DNA from: Geosiphon pyriformis uo1
Taxonomy: Eukaryota; Fungi; Glomeromycota
Assembly (NCBI GenBank): GCA_016748015.1
Contig: JAAOMT010000620.1
Coordinates: 333,391 to 397,390, forward strand
Length of the DNA: 64,000 nt
Direction: 5' to 3'
A program made the translations under genes and the position numbers. Positions 12,985-25,855 of the stretch are shown here, in pieces (positions within the stretch are counted from its first letter, which is position 1; every line of letters starts with the position of its first letter). The notes beneath the pieces were generated by a model that saw only the letters and a list, made by a program, of their open reading frames with translations, made no database searches and was not told where the DNA came from.

Positions 12985-14222
12985 TTAATTTCCCAAGATT
13001 TCTTTGGTTTTAGCTTTGAGAATTTCGTCGATATCCTTAACAGCTTTTTCTATCACTGTTTGAAGCTTGTGAAAGCATTCAACATGGTTAGTATTGCCGA
13101 ATAAAGCCGTTTTCTTAAAATAAATGTGCAACTAAACCAGTAGCATTTACCTTCTTTTCATGCCTTACTATTTCATCTGAGGAGGCGTTTCGCAAATCCT
13201 GTCTCAAAGACTTCATTTCTTCTTGTCTGATATTACGCATATGAATTTTTGAATATTCGGCATTTTTAGACGCGATCTTTATCATTTCTTCACGGTATTC
13301 ACTAGTTATCCTAGAAAGTTTAAACATAAATTCTTGACAATAAGTGCCACTTGGAAAATTCTACGAATTAAATTCGCATTTTTTAAAGTCTATTGAAAGT
13401 TACTTCGGGATCAAGACTTTAAGACCTTTCCCATCCAATACCGGGTTTAAATTCAGATTTGCACCAAGTATTGCTTTCTGAACCGCCCCTAATAGCTGCA
13501 TCGTTCCAAATGAAAAAATGAAGTTCAATGATTTGAATCATTATCATTTTTCCAAGCTTTCCCTTAAATACCTCTTCATCGTGAACATTAATCATCAAAG
13601 TCTGTGGATCTTTTACTATCACTTGTGCAATGTCCTTTAACGGTGATTGACCACCTTTATGCGCGACATTTACCGGATCAAGAATCGCTGTTGTAGTATT
13701 TGAAACAAGAACAATTGAAATCTTGCTATTTTTCAATAATCATCATACAAACATTGTGAGGAAAGTATCAAGACCTGGGCTTGCGCGTCCCAATCGCATG
13801 GTGCTATATCCTTTCTTGAGCTTTTCAAGGACACTAGTTGTTTTCACCTCAAGTTTACTTAGGTCGAATTTCGGGTCTCCCTGAACCTCTTTTTTCTTCA
13901 TTTTTGTTTTTTTCTTTGACCTTTCTTTAATTCCAGAATGCTTTTCCTGGTCATCTGCTTCTTCTTCCTCCTCCTCCTCACTACTACTACTATTACTACT
14001 ATCTTCTTTACCCTGTTTGCCTTTTTTTCCACTTCTTTTCTTTGAAGCGAAATAACGTTGCTGACAGCTAGTTGAAGCGATACATGACTGAGATAATTTG
14101 TGTCCAATATGCAAAAAAGGAAGGTATTTTGACTTGCTTGGAAGCTCAGGTTTTAGGCAAGGATGAAGTCGAGCAGTTAAACTTAGAATACACCTCAAAG
14201 CACTATGATGGTAAAGATGCAT
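12985..14222 (-). CDS. RRF1: Mitochondrial ribosome recycling factor, 5 exons
   Basis: Exons 14222-13775, 13687-13572, 13495-13404, 13310-13151 and 13065-12985. Basic N-terminal presequence and a low-complexity S/E/K insert. RRF motifs MRLGRASPAILDPV, LKDIAQV, NLNLNP, PKITSEYREEMIK, KAKTKEI. Confidence 0.88.
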
Positions 14223-16997
14223 TGCATACGCGTAAGTCGTAGTCTACGGAACACGTTGACCAGATTTTCGATCAGGGCCAATGTTACACAAGCTTACCCT
14301 AAAGGTTATTTACTTTGACGAACAAAAATTCTATAATTTTTAAAGAGTTTTTAAATTAAAAGATCTTTTTAAATAGCACTTTTTTTAATTATAAAAAATA
14401 TGGTAATTGATTTTTGCTTTAATTATGATTATAAAAATACAAAAGAAAAATTTTTTTTTTGTTAATTAACTAATTTAAATAATTAATATTAAATTAAATT
14501 AAATAGTAGTTCTTTGTTTTTTTATGTAATAATAATAATAATAATTAATTAATTATAAATTGTTGAAAAACTTTTTCTCTTTTTTATTTTTATGACCATA
14601 ACTAAAGCAAAAAGTAAAAAGATTGTAAATATTACTTTTTCTATAGTAATTAGTAAAGTTTTAACACAAAAATTCTTTTCTATTGTAGAAATAATTAAAC
14701 AAAATATTTTAAAAGCATTTTTTTAAATATTAATAGTACAAAGCTGTTTTTAACAACTTTTAAAGCATTTTTTTTTCTTTGATTAGTAGTTTTTTTTAAT
14801 TTAAGTTTTTTCAAAAAAATACACCAGATTTAATTTCAATATTATTTTTGTTTTTTTTAAAAATCTAAAAATATTTAATAACAAGCCAAATAAGCTAGTT
14901 TTTTTTGTTTTTATTAATATTACTATTATTACTACTTTGCAAATGGCCAAAAAAACTAAAAAATCAAAAAAACAACATTTATATTTATTTTTTATTGTTA
15001 TATTAAACTTTTTTGCAGTTTTAAATAAAATTTTGGCTAAATTTTTATTATAACAACTAGTTTTTTTCTTAATATAAACAATAATAATAACAATATATTT
15101 TTTAACAAATTTTTATTAATTCTAAAAACAAAACAAAATATGTTTTTACAAGTTTTTTTAATCAATTGACTTATTAGATTATTTAATTTTAAAAATTAAA
15201 CCAATTAAATAAAAATTAAAGCTATTTTTAATCTTCTATTTTTATTATTATATACTATAAAAATACTTACACAAAATTTGAACATAAAATTGAATATAAT
15301 TATTAATAAACTATTATTGAGTCTTTTATTATTGTCTGGTATAATATACAAGTTTATAACTTTTTTACAAATAGTTTCAAAGTTTTAACCACTAAAATTG
15401 GTATATTAAAAGTTAAAATATTGGTTTTAAAAAAATTGTTAATATTAATTTTAAAAAAACTTGACTTATTATGTTTAAATAGTAATATAATATTTTTATT
15501 TTATTTTTAATAAGTAGTTTAATTTAAAAAATAGCTATATATAATATTAGAAATATAAATATTTTTATTAAGCAAAATAATATTATTAAGTAATATAAAA
15601 AATTAAATAATAATATTTTAATTATTATGAAAACCAAGTTTTATTTTAATATCTAATCTTGAATTATTAATAAGTTTAATAATATAAAAGTTTTTATTTT
15701 TGATTTAAATTATAAATGTTAGTATTACAATTATTTTAAACAATAATTTAGCTAAACATATATGTAAAATTATTAAGATTAATAACAAATTTCTATTAAT
15801 AAAATTATTTTTCAAAAATAAATTTTTAATTATTATTTTAGAGTTATATATTGATATTGTTTTGGTAATTTATTTGATTTAAATTAACTTTTTTATTACT
15901 AAAACTGTAAATAAGTTTTTTTTTGTAATTTTTTTTTTATTTTGTTTAATAAGTACAGTCCAACCACTATCTAGTATACAGATGCAAGCTAAATGAATCT
16001 AACTAAACGTGGTTTATGTATTTGCTACATGTAACTAGCCATTCAGGCTAATCTAGGCAATACTACACATCTATGTAAACTTTAACACTATTACAAATAC
16101 CAGAAAAAAAAAGGCTAGTCTTGTACAAACCAAAACTGATGGCAAATGTCTCATTAATTCCAAAAAGACAAACAATTCCACTAGACAAATGTTTAATAGA
16201 GTCAGCTGAAAGACCAACGGAAATTTCCAAAGCACAAACCAAACCACAACATTCCATGTCTACTCTAAACTTAGTCCTGAGTAATCACAAACCACACCAG
16301 TGTTTTTCTGCCAGGTGTTGAACAAAATCAGCCACCACCAAAAAAGCCCGATTACGATCCTTGAAATGCACAGTAGCTTCATCGACCCATTCTCTCAGTA
16401 CAAAGTCTTAACACAATTGCATATACACTCCTGAATCATGACAACCAACAAGCAAAGTATGCAACATAGGAGAGGACACTAAAGAACAGCCCACCAGCAA
16501 TGACTTCCACAAAGTGGTCCCACCCAACAAAATATCAGCATGCACAGCTGTCTCACTTCGACAAGTAAACACATAATCTGACAATTCAACATCACCACAC
16601 ATCAAACAGAGAACCCCAGAATAACATTTATCATACAACTTTTTATGAATGGCAACTGGTAACCTCCTATAGACCACTTTCATTAAGTAGGTATGGAGAA
16701 CAGCTGAAGCTCAGCTTGTAAAGCCCGACAGTATGTGGGAGTCTGGGTGCCAAACTGAAGCTGTACACTTCTAATTAACTCTCACAATCAAATCTTTATC
16801 AATTATCACAGAGCCAGAATCAGCCTTCCATTGAGCACGACAGATAGACCTATAAATATTCCAAACAAAATGTTGAGCATTGCCTGAGACAACCTGACCA
16901 CAAGCCATAATGTACTTTTTCTGAACACTCATAAAAAGAGACAAATTGGAGTGAGTGGTGCACCCAGCCAAAGCATTGGCCTTGTCATTGTGAGCAT

Positions 16998-17863
16998 TGT
17001 TACGGTTTAAGAAGTTAGCAAAAAGAATCATAAAAATAATACAAACTATTCAATCATAATATAGCACAGTAATAATCTTAGAAAGGTAATGATTAACATA
17101 GTAGCAAACACCATCTCGCAATAGTGGCAAGCACCAGTTCACAATAGCAGCCAACACCAACTGGTGATAGCAGCAAGCACCAGGTTGAAATATCAAAAAG
17201 AAAGTATTTTCTTTTTTTTTTACAAACATGTATATATACAGTAGTTTTAATATTGGAAAAGAATCAATCAAGTAATAAAAATCATAACTTATCAAGCAAT
17301 AGATCCAATTTTATTCAACAAACTCCACTTTAAATCATACTTTCAAATTAAATATCCCAAGAAACCTTTAAAATCAAAAAGAAATGAAAAAGAATATTTA
17401 AAACTGAACTATCACAACCCAAAGTATTAAGAAACTTACTTGTATTATTTATTGAATGAAACTATCATTCATCAACTGAATCCCTTGGAAGAATAATCCT
17501 TGATCAAGATTATTCACGTTGTTACTAATTGATAAAAGCTTTATTGTGAGAATTAGAAAAGCGCTAAAGACCATTAACATTCTGTGTTTCTAGATTAGAA
17601 AAACACATCAGGCAATTGCAAGAATAGCCTCAGAGAAAACCCCAGACAGTGGGTAGATTTCAGTTCAGCCTCTGAGAAGAAGTACATAAACACACACAAC
17701 AATCAAGAATTAAAGAATAACTTACATCGCAACAGTAAAAAAAAAGCCTTCAGTGTAACAGTGACATTATCACACAAATAGAATTGAGGAACTCACGAAA
17801 GACTGATTGCAATTAAAGCGGGATATCAGCAATTAAATATAACAAAAAAACCATCCCGTAACA
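16998..17863 (+). repeat. 5' LTR (866 bp)
   Basis: TG...CA with an 8-bp terminal inverted repeat; 17234-17863 is collinear with 25856-26485. Confidence 0.95.
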
Positions 17864-17865
17864 TT

Positions 17866-17883
17866 TGGTGAACCCTACGAGGA
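17866..17883 (+). promoter_or_regulatory. Primer-binding site TGGTGAACCCTACGAGGA (tRNA 3' end complement; possibly tRNA-Trp)
   Basis: TGG begins 2 nt after the 5' LTR; the reverse complement ends ...GTAGGGTTCACCA. Confidence 0.8.
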
Positions 17884-20800
17884 AAGAAAATCAAAAAGGA
17901 AATAATAATTAGCAATAATTCATTGCTAAAAAGGAAAAGACAAAAGTGGCGACAAAAACCCCTAATCTTACTGTNNNNNNNNNNNNNNNNNNNNAATCAA
18001 TAAAGAAACAACGTATTTATTCACTAGAAGATAAATCATACCATTTTTCACCAGAAAATAAGATACAAATTCCATTAGGAGCTGCATCATTATTAACATC
18101 AACTCCACAAACGCCAAGAACTTCTAGTTATATTGATAAAATTAAACAACGTAACTGGGAAGACATACCAATTACAGGAGGATATTCATCACTATTCCAA
18201 AACCATCTTTTTCAGCCAAAATTTAGAACGGGGTTTGAAAACCGTGAAGAGGAGTCTGAATCAGAATCCGAAAAAGAGACCAGCGAAAAAACAATCACAA
18301 GACCAGTTACTGGAACAAGCAGCCAGTCCAGAAACCAAGAAACTCGTGATCAAAAGAAAGAACTGAATATAAGGGAAGCCACCTTTAGGAACGCTCAAGG
18401 AAATATCATCCCACCTCCTCTTAGACCAATAAACCCACTAGCAGAAAACGGCAACNNNNNNNNNNNNNNNNNNNNCCCTTGAATCGGCTGAGAAAGAAGC
18501 TAACCATAGTCAAATGGTTAACATGGTAATGGAGGAAAATAAGACAGAAACATTAAAGAAAAGAGTAACGCAATTAGAGGAGGAACTCTCTAAGAAAATA
18601 GAAAGTTACCTCATCCCAGATCCGAGAAAAAATACATACCAACCACCCCAAAGACGCAGCCAGGAAGTCAGCGACAGTCGAAATAATCGCCCGTCGCGCC
18701 AGGAATTCAGAACAGAAACATGCGCCTGCCATTTTTGCAAACGCATAGGACATTTGATTAGTCAATGTCGAATGCGAATGATGCAGGAAGCACACGAAAA
18801 TAATTACTACGCGCCACCTCAAATGCCCAGAAACCAGTACACGCCAATACCACGCCAATATCCCACCACGTATCAAAATCAAGGAGCTTACCAGCAACAG
18901 CCCATGATAGCCAACCCGAATTGGCGTCCTGAGGCCCGAAATCAGCCCATGTCGAACCAGAATGCGTTGGTCCAGAAGAATCCAAACCGCGCCGGAACCA
19001 ATCAGCAAACCAATCCAAACTACCAAAATTATCAACAAACTTATCTTAATATACCGGAAAACCTGATCATCGGAAACAATGATGGTAGAAACATAAACAG
19101 AACCAAGAATTCCTCCAAATTGAGCCAGACAATACCACCAGCAGTTGCCACCGAAGATAGCAGCCTCGCAGCTATTTTTCCTTTTGAATTAGAGGAAAAC
19201 GAGATTATGTTCAGTGGAGCAGCATTGGACAAAAAACGCTCAATCACTGCTATGTATACGGAAGCCACTGTAAACAATACCCCAATCAAATTTATCTTAG
19301 ACAGCAGATCCGCTGGAAGCATTGTAACGCTTCAACTAGTAAACCAACTGGGTTTCAAAGTTGATCGTGCTGCGACATCCCAAATTATAACAGCCGATGG
19401 AAGTACAAAGCTGTCTTATGACGAAATCGACTCATTCCCTTTCGAAATTAATGGCATAGTAATACCTACAAAAGTATTAGTAATGGACGCTACACAATAT
19501 CAAGCGTTAGTAGGGAANNNNNNNNNNNNNNNNNNNNTAAAATACTCTGATATATTTTCAAGAAATGGCAAATTTGGAAGAACCAACTTGGTTCAACACC
19601 AAATCCCCACTGGAGACGCCAGACCTGAAAAACAATGCGCTTACCGTGTCCCACCAATGGAGCATAATTTTATCAGAGAAGAAGTCCAAAGCATGTTGGA
19701 AAAAGGAATAATACAACCATCAATGAGCCCATGATCCTCACCAGTTGTTTTAGTAAGGAAAAAGAACGGAAAAATTAGATTTTGCGTCGACTATCGCAAA
19801 CTAAACAGCAAAACAGCCAAAGACTCATACCCAATACCGTTAATTGACGAAATCTTCGACGTTTTTGGAGGAGCAAAATGGTTTTCNNNNNNNNNNNNNN
19901 NNNNNNGAATCAGAATCCGAAAAAGAGACCAGCGAAAAAACAATCACAAGACCAGTTACTGGAACAAGCAGCCAGTCCAGAAACCAAGAAACTCGTGATC
20001 AAAAGAAAGAACTGAATATAAGGGAAGCCACCTTTAGGAACGCTCAAGGAAATATCATCCCACCTCCTCTTAGACCAATAAACCCACCAGCAGAAAACGG
20101 CAACGAAATGACCACACCATACATTGCAAGACTAACAAATTTCTCAGGAGAGGAAGAAGAAACGGACGTGCACACATGGCTCAGAGAAGCACAAAAAGCC
20201 ATCCAGGCAAATAACTGGAACAACCAAAGAGCAATTCAAACATTACCTTTCTTCCTGAAAGGCACAGCCGACTCGTGGTATCAAAGCCTGGAAACAAAAC
20301 CCACGAGCTTCGCCGAATTTAAAAATGCACTNNNNNNNNNNNNNNNNNNNNAAAGTATTAGTAATGGACGCTACACAATATCAAGCGTTAGTAGGGAATG
20401 ACTGGCTAACAAAAGCCAACGCCACCCTAGACTGGACCACCCAAGAGTTTCTGATCAATTATAATGGCCACCAGGCCAAAATTCCAGCCACCTGTGGCCA
20501 CTTCCAAAAACCCAGTGCCAATCAAAGACCTACCTTCGAATTTGAGGAAAATCCAGCACTACCAGCCATCGAAACCTATCAGCTCTCTTGGGCTGATAAC
20601 CAAAGAACAGGACTACCAGCCGTACCAACGTGGACCAGCAAAGAAAGATCCGAATGGAACCAGGTAAGTTCACGAAGAAACCACCAGCGACGCAGACCAA
20701 AGCTAGAATGCTCGGTTTGCAAGAAAAAACTCTCGTCTATGACTGCGTGCAGTGCACCGGACGAAGACCCAAGAAACTCCACCCACTACTATTGTAACCA

Positions 20801-21979
20801 TTGTAACAAAGAAAAATACGGTTACCCAGAAAGACACGGAAAATGGGACAAGGAACTGTGCCTCGCTTGTGGAGAACCATTACCAAGAGGGTGTGACTGG
20901 AACGACTTACCAGGCAGAGGAGGAACGTGTGACGCAACTTGCCAATACACGATCCTCATCTGTGACTGGGTAAGAGGAGGAACGCCGTTCGAAGCAGCGT
21001 TCAACAGAGCATTAAAAAGACTACAGCACTACTCACACGACGAGGACGAGTTGTACAACACTGCACAAGCCAAAGTAAGAGGAGGAACCGCTGAAGAAAT
21101 ACGACGTTGGAAAGANNNNNNNNNNNNNNNNNNNNATAACCAAAGAACAGGACTACCAGCCGTACCAACGTGGACCAGCAAAGAAAGATCCGAATGGAAC
21201 CAGGTAAGTTCACGAAGAAACCACCAGCGACGCAGACCAAAGCTAGAATGCTCAGTTTGCAAGAAAAAACTCTCGTCTATGACTGCGTGCAGTGCACCGG
21301 ACGAAGACCCAAGAAACTCCACCCACTACTATTGTAACCATTGTAACAAAGAAAAATACGGTTACCCAGAAAGACACGGAAAATGGGACAAGGAACCGTG
21401 CCTCGCTTGTGGAGAACCATTACCAAGAGGGTGTGACTGGAACGACTTACCAGGCAGAGGAGGAACGTGTGACGCAACTTGCCAATACACGATCCTCATC
21501 TGTGACTGGGTAAGAGGAGGAACGCCGTTCGAAGCAGCGTTCAACAGAGCATTAAAAAGACTACAGCACTACTCACACGACGAGGACGAGTTGTACAACA
21601 CTGCACAAGCCAAAGTAAGAGGAGGAACCGCTGAAGAAATACGACGTTGGAAAGAGTCAGCCGAAGTAGCCGACGAAGTCGCCAGCTACAACATGTTTGA
21701 CCCAGTGGACAAATTCCAGGACTACTACCAACAACTATGCCCCACTCGACAAGAGCAAGAACAATACCTCACCCAAATCAACATTTACCTCTGCGAAAAC
21801 TGTCTCATCCCGTGCCAAAGTCAGTGCTGTGAAGAGTGTCAAGACGAAAGGGACTTAGAAAGAAAAATGGAAATTGAGAATCAGCAGTCTCAAAATCAAT
21901 CAATAAATCAACAAGACTCACCTGACGGTCCCGAGTCAGAAAAATTTGTAGCCTATACCAACCTAGAACAGGTGACCGA

Positions 21980-22410
21980 CATCCGATACTTCGACAACGG
22001 GCACTTAGGAATAATACCCGAAAGAGCCCATCCAACTGACGCCAGATTCGATCTACGTTATCTGGAAGACCAATCCACAACGTTACCACCCAGGAGCATC
22101 ACCAAAATCGACCTAAAAATAGCGGTTGAAATTCCGCCAGGAATAATGGTTCAAATGGCGTCGCGATCAAGCCTCGCGAAAAAAGGAATAAGCGTTCAAG
22201 GAAGAGTAATTGGCTCCGAATACACTGGAAATTTGATGGTTTTGCTACAGAACAATTCAGAAAAGCCTTATACCATTGAATCTAAGAAAAAGATTGCACA
22301 AGCAATTTTCCTACTATTGGTAAAAATTGGGAAATTCGTGCCAGTGGAAAATCGTGAGGAATTGTCACAAACAACGAGAGGAACTTTTGGTTTCGGATCA
22401 ACAGGAAAAG
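21980..22410 (+). pseudogene. dUTPase domain within Gypsy pol
   Basis: Trimeric dUTPase motifs: PERAHPTDARFDL (I), SRSSLAKKG (II), GRVIGSEYTGNL (III, degenerate), KIAQAI (IV), RGTFGFGSTG (V). Confidence 0.9.
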
Positions 22411-25077
22411 GAATTGAAGCGAATTTCGCTGAAACAATAGAGGAAAAAGGCGAAGTAATTAAAAATGAGCGGTCTATCATGCTCCTACCATATGGAAAAT
22501 CAGAAATAAGAATAAAAAGGACAATTAAAAAAAAAGACCTAATATTTGAGCCCTACCCAGAAACTTGCCAACAGTTTCTCATAGGACTTACTAACCTTTT
22601 TATTCCAGCTGATAAAGCTCAATGGATAAAAATTCCTATCGCAAACACCACAGAAGAACCCGTCTACATTCTGGAAGATACCATTATTGGATACCTCAGA
22701 ACGGAGCTAGAAAACGTGTCAACACCACAAGAAATTCTAAATTTCCCAGAAATCGCCTTCTACTGTGAACTCACTTCAATAAATTGGCAACAACCGATAG
22801 AATGCTATCAATTTATGCCAGAAGAATTGGCCAAATTAAACATTGGAACAATGGATCCCGACCAATAGCGACAATTAAAAGCATTAATTTTAAAATACTC
22901 TGATATATTTTCAAGAAATGGCAAATTTGGAAGAACCAACTTGGTTCAACACCAAATCCCCACTGGAGACGCCAGACCTGAAAAACAATGCGCTTACCGT
23001 GTCCCACCAATGGAGCATAATTTTATCAGAGAAGAAGTCCAAAGCATGTTGGAAAAAGGAATAATACAACCATCAATGAGCCCATGATCCTCACCAGTTG
23101 TTTTAGTAAGGAAAAAGAACGGAAAAATTAGATTTTGCGTCGACTATCGCAAACTAAACAGCAAAACAGCCAAAGACTCATACCCAATACCGTTAATTGA
23201 CGAAATCTTTGACGTTTTTGGAGGAGCAAAATGGTTTTCTACACTGGACTTGACCAGTGGGTACTGGCAAGTGGAAATGGACCCAAAGGACAGGCATAAA
23301 ACAGCATTCACAACACAAAATGGCAATTATGAGTTCAATGTAATGCCATTTGGATTAACAAATGCTCCCGCGACATTCCAAAGACTAATGGATGTAATTT
23401 ACTCTAGAATCCTGTAGCAATCCGTTGTTGTCTACTTGGATGATACAAATGTTTTCTCGTTAAAATTCACGGATCATCTCCAACATTTACAACAAGTTTT
23501 TGAGAGATTGAGACACGCTGGACTTAAACTAAATCTAGAAAAATATTTCTTTGGGAAAAATGAGCTAGCGTTTTTAGGACACGTAGTTAGAAAAGATAGA
23601 ATAAAACCAGATCCATCAAAAATAGACAAAGTGAAAAATTTTCCAGTACCTCGAAACGTCTCAGAAGTTAGAAGCTTTTTAGGACTCGCATCTTACTACC
23701 GCCGCTTTGTAGAAAACTTTTCAAACATCGCCAAACCCCTTAATTACCTACTATCTAAAAATGTGAAGTTTGAATGGACTGAAGCACAACAAAAAGCTTT
23801 TGAGTACCTTAGACAAAAGCTCATTGAATCACCAATAATGATCTATCCGAATTTCAACAAGAAATTCATTTTGCCCACAGATGCNNNNNNNNNNNNNNNN
23901 NNNNTGCCGACATGGATGTCCACAAGAATTGCTATCAGATCAAGGCACACACTTCGTAAACAGCACCTTAAAAAAACTTAGCCAAAAATTTGGAATCAAG
24001 CGACCACTGTCATCACCATACCACTCTTAAACAAATAGATTAGTTGAAAGATTTAATCGCACATTATGCGAATCACTGGCGAAAATTAGTAACGAACATA
24101 AAAAAGAATGGGATTTGTTCATACCAGCAGTACTACTAGCATATAGAACAGTAAAACAAGATACTACACAATTCACACCATTCGAACTAGTTTATGGAAG
24201 AAAAGCCACATTACCCGTTGAACTTACTATTCCAACTTATCCGAGTGACACTATCACGGAAGCAACATTCCAGGAAACACTACTTAGAAGAACATACGAA
24301 TTAATGGGAACTTTAGAAAACAAAAGAAGAAAAGCAGCACAAAATATTGAACAATTACAAGAACAACAAAAAGTGAGACATGATAANNNNNNNNNNNNNN
24401 NNNNNNATGAAAAAGAAACTATCTTATTTAACATGCACTCAGATATTCATTCAGGCCACTTTGGAAAAACAGCAACCATCCAACGTGCAACTAGCCATTA
24501 CTATTGGCCAAAAATGAGCTCAGACATAATCTAATACATAAGAAATTGTGACCCATGCCAATGAAGAAGAGGAGCAAAAACAACGGAATTATTAAGACCA
24601 ATAAAAGTTGGACAGCCATTTGACAGAATCGGAATTGATTTAGTTGGACCCTTACCAATAACAACAAGAAACAACCATTATATTGCAGTAGCCATGGACT
24701 ATCTCACCAAATGGCCAGAAGCTAGAGCTATTAAAACAGCTGATGCTATTTCCGTAGCTCAATTCGTACATGAAGACTTAATTTGCCGACATGGATGTCC
24801 ACAAGAATTGCTATCAGATCAAGGCACACACTTCGTAAACAGCACCTTAAAAAAACTTAGCCAAAAATTTGGAATCAAGCGACCACTGTCATCACCATAC
24901 CACTCTTAAACAAATAGATTAGTTGAAAGATTTAATCGCACATTATGCGAATCACTGGCGAAAATTAGTAACGAACATAAAAAAGAATGGGATTTGTTCA
25001 TACCAGCAGTACTACTAGCATATAGAACAGTAAAACAAGATACTACACAATTCACACCGTTTGAACTAGTTTATGGA

Positions 25078-25096
25078 CTGTCTCTTATACACATCT
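25078..25096 (+). other. Nextera/Tn5 mosaic-end adapter (sequencing artefact)
   Basis: Exact CTGTCTCTTATACACATCT joining integrase sequence to gag sequence. Confidence 0.95.
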
Positions 25097-25855
25097 CCGA
25101 CTTGTGGTATCAAAGCCTGGAAACAAAACCCACGAGCTTCGCCGAATTTAAAAATGCACTCCTGGAGTATTTTAGCGACCCAAACGCCGTAATCCAACTA
25201 CAGAATGAATTCAATACTATCAAGCAAAATACTGGTGAAACTGTCACCCAATACCTTGCTCGATTCAATCGAATTCGCCATCAGATTGAAGCGATTGAAC
25301 AAGAATACTACACTGATCTTCAGGTTTTAAATCAGTTTATTAGAAGATTAAAAAGCAGCATTTTAGGAAGAGTACGCCCTGCCCACCCTAATTCCTTACC
25401 AGAAGCCGTTACGCTTGCCAGAGCCCTTGAATCGGCTGAGAAAGAAGCTAACCATAGTCAAATGGTTAACATGGTAATGGAGGAAAATAAGACAGAAACA
25501 TTAAAGAAAAGAGTAACGCAATTAGAGGAGGAACTCTCTAAGAAAATAGAAAGTTACCTCATCCCAGATCCGAGAAAAAATACATACCAACCACCCCAAA
25601 GACGCAGCCAGGAAGTCAGCGACANNNNNNNNNNNNNNNNNNNNNNNNNNNNNNNNNNNNNNNNNNNNNNNNNNNNNNNNNNNNNNNNNNNNNNNNNNNN
25701 NNNNNNNNNNNNNNNNNNNNNNNNNNNNNNNNNNNNNNNNNNNNNNNNNNNNNNNNNNNNNNNNNNNNNNNNNNNNNNNNNNNNNNNNNNNNNNNNNNNN
25801 NNNNNNNNNNNNNNNNNNNNNNNNNNNNNNNNNNNNNNNNNNNNNNNNNNNNNNN

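Noticed and set aside
20596-21655. Apparent 540-bp tandem duplication of the Cys-rich domain in the 847-aa ORF
   Set aside because: The copies differ at only two noticed bases and are separated by a 20-N spacer; this is an assembly overlap, not a domain duplication.
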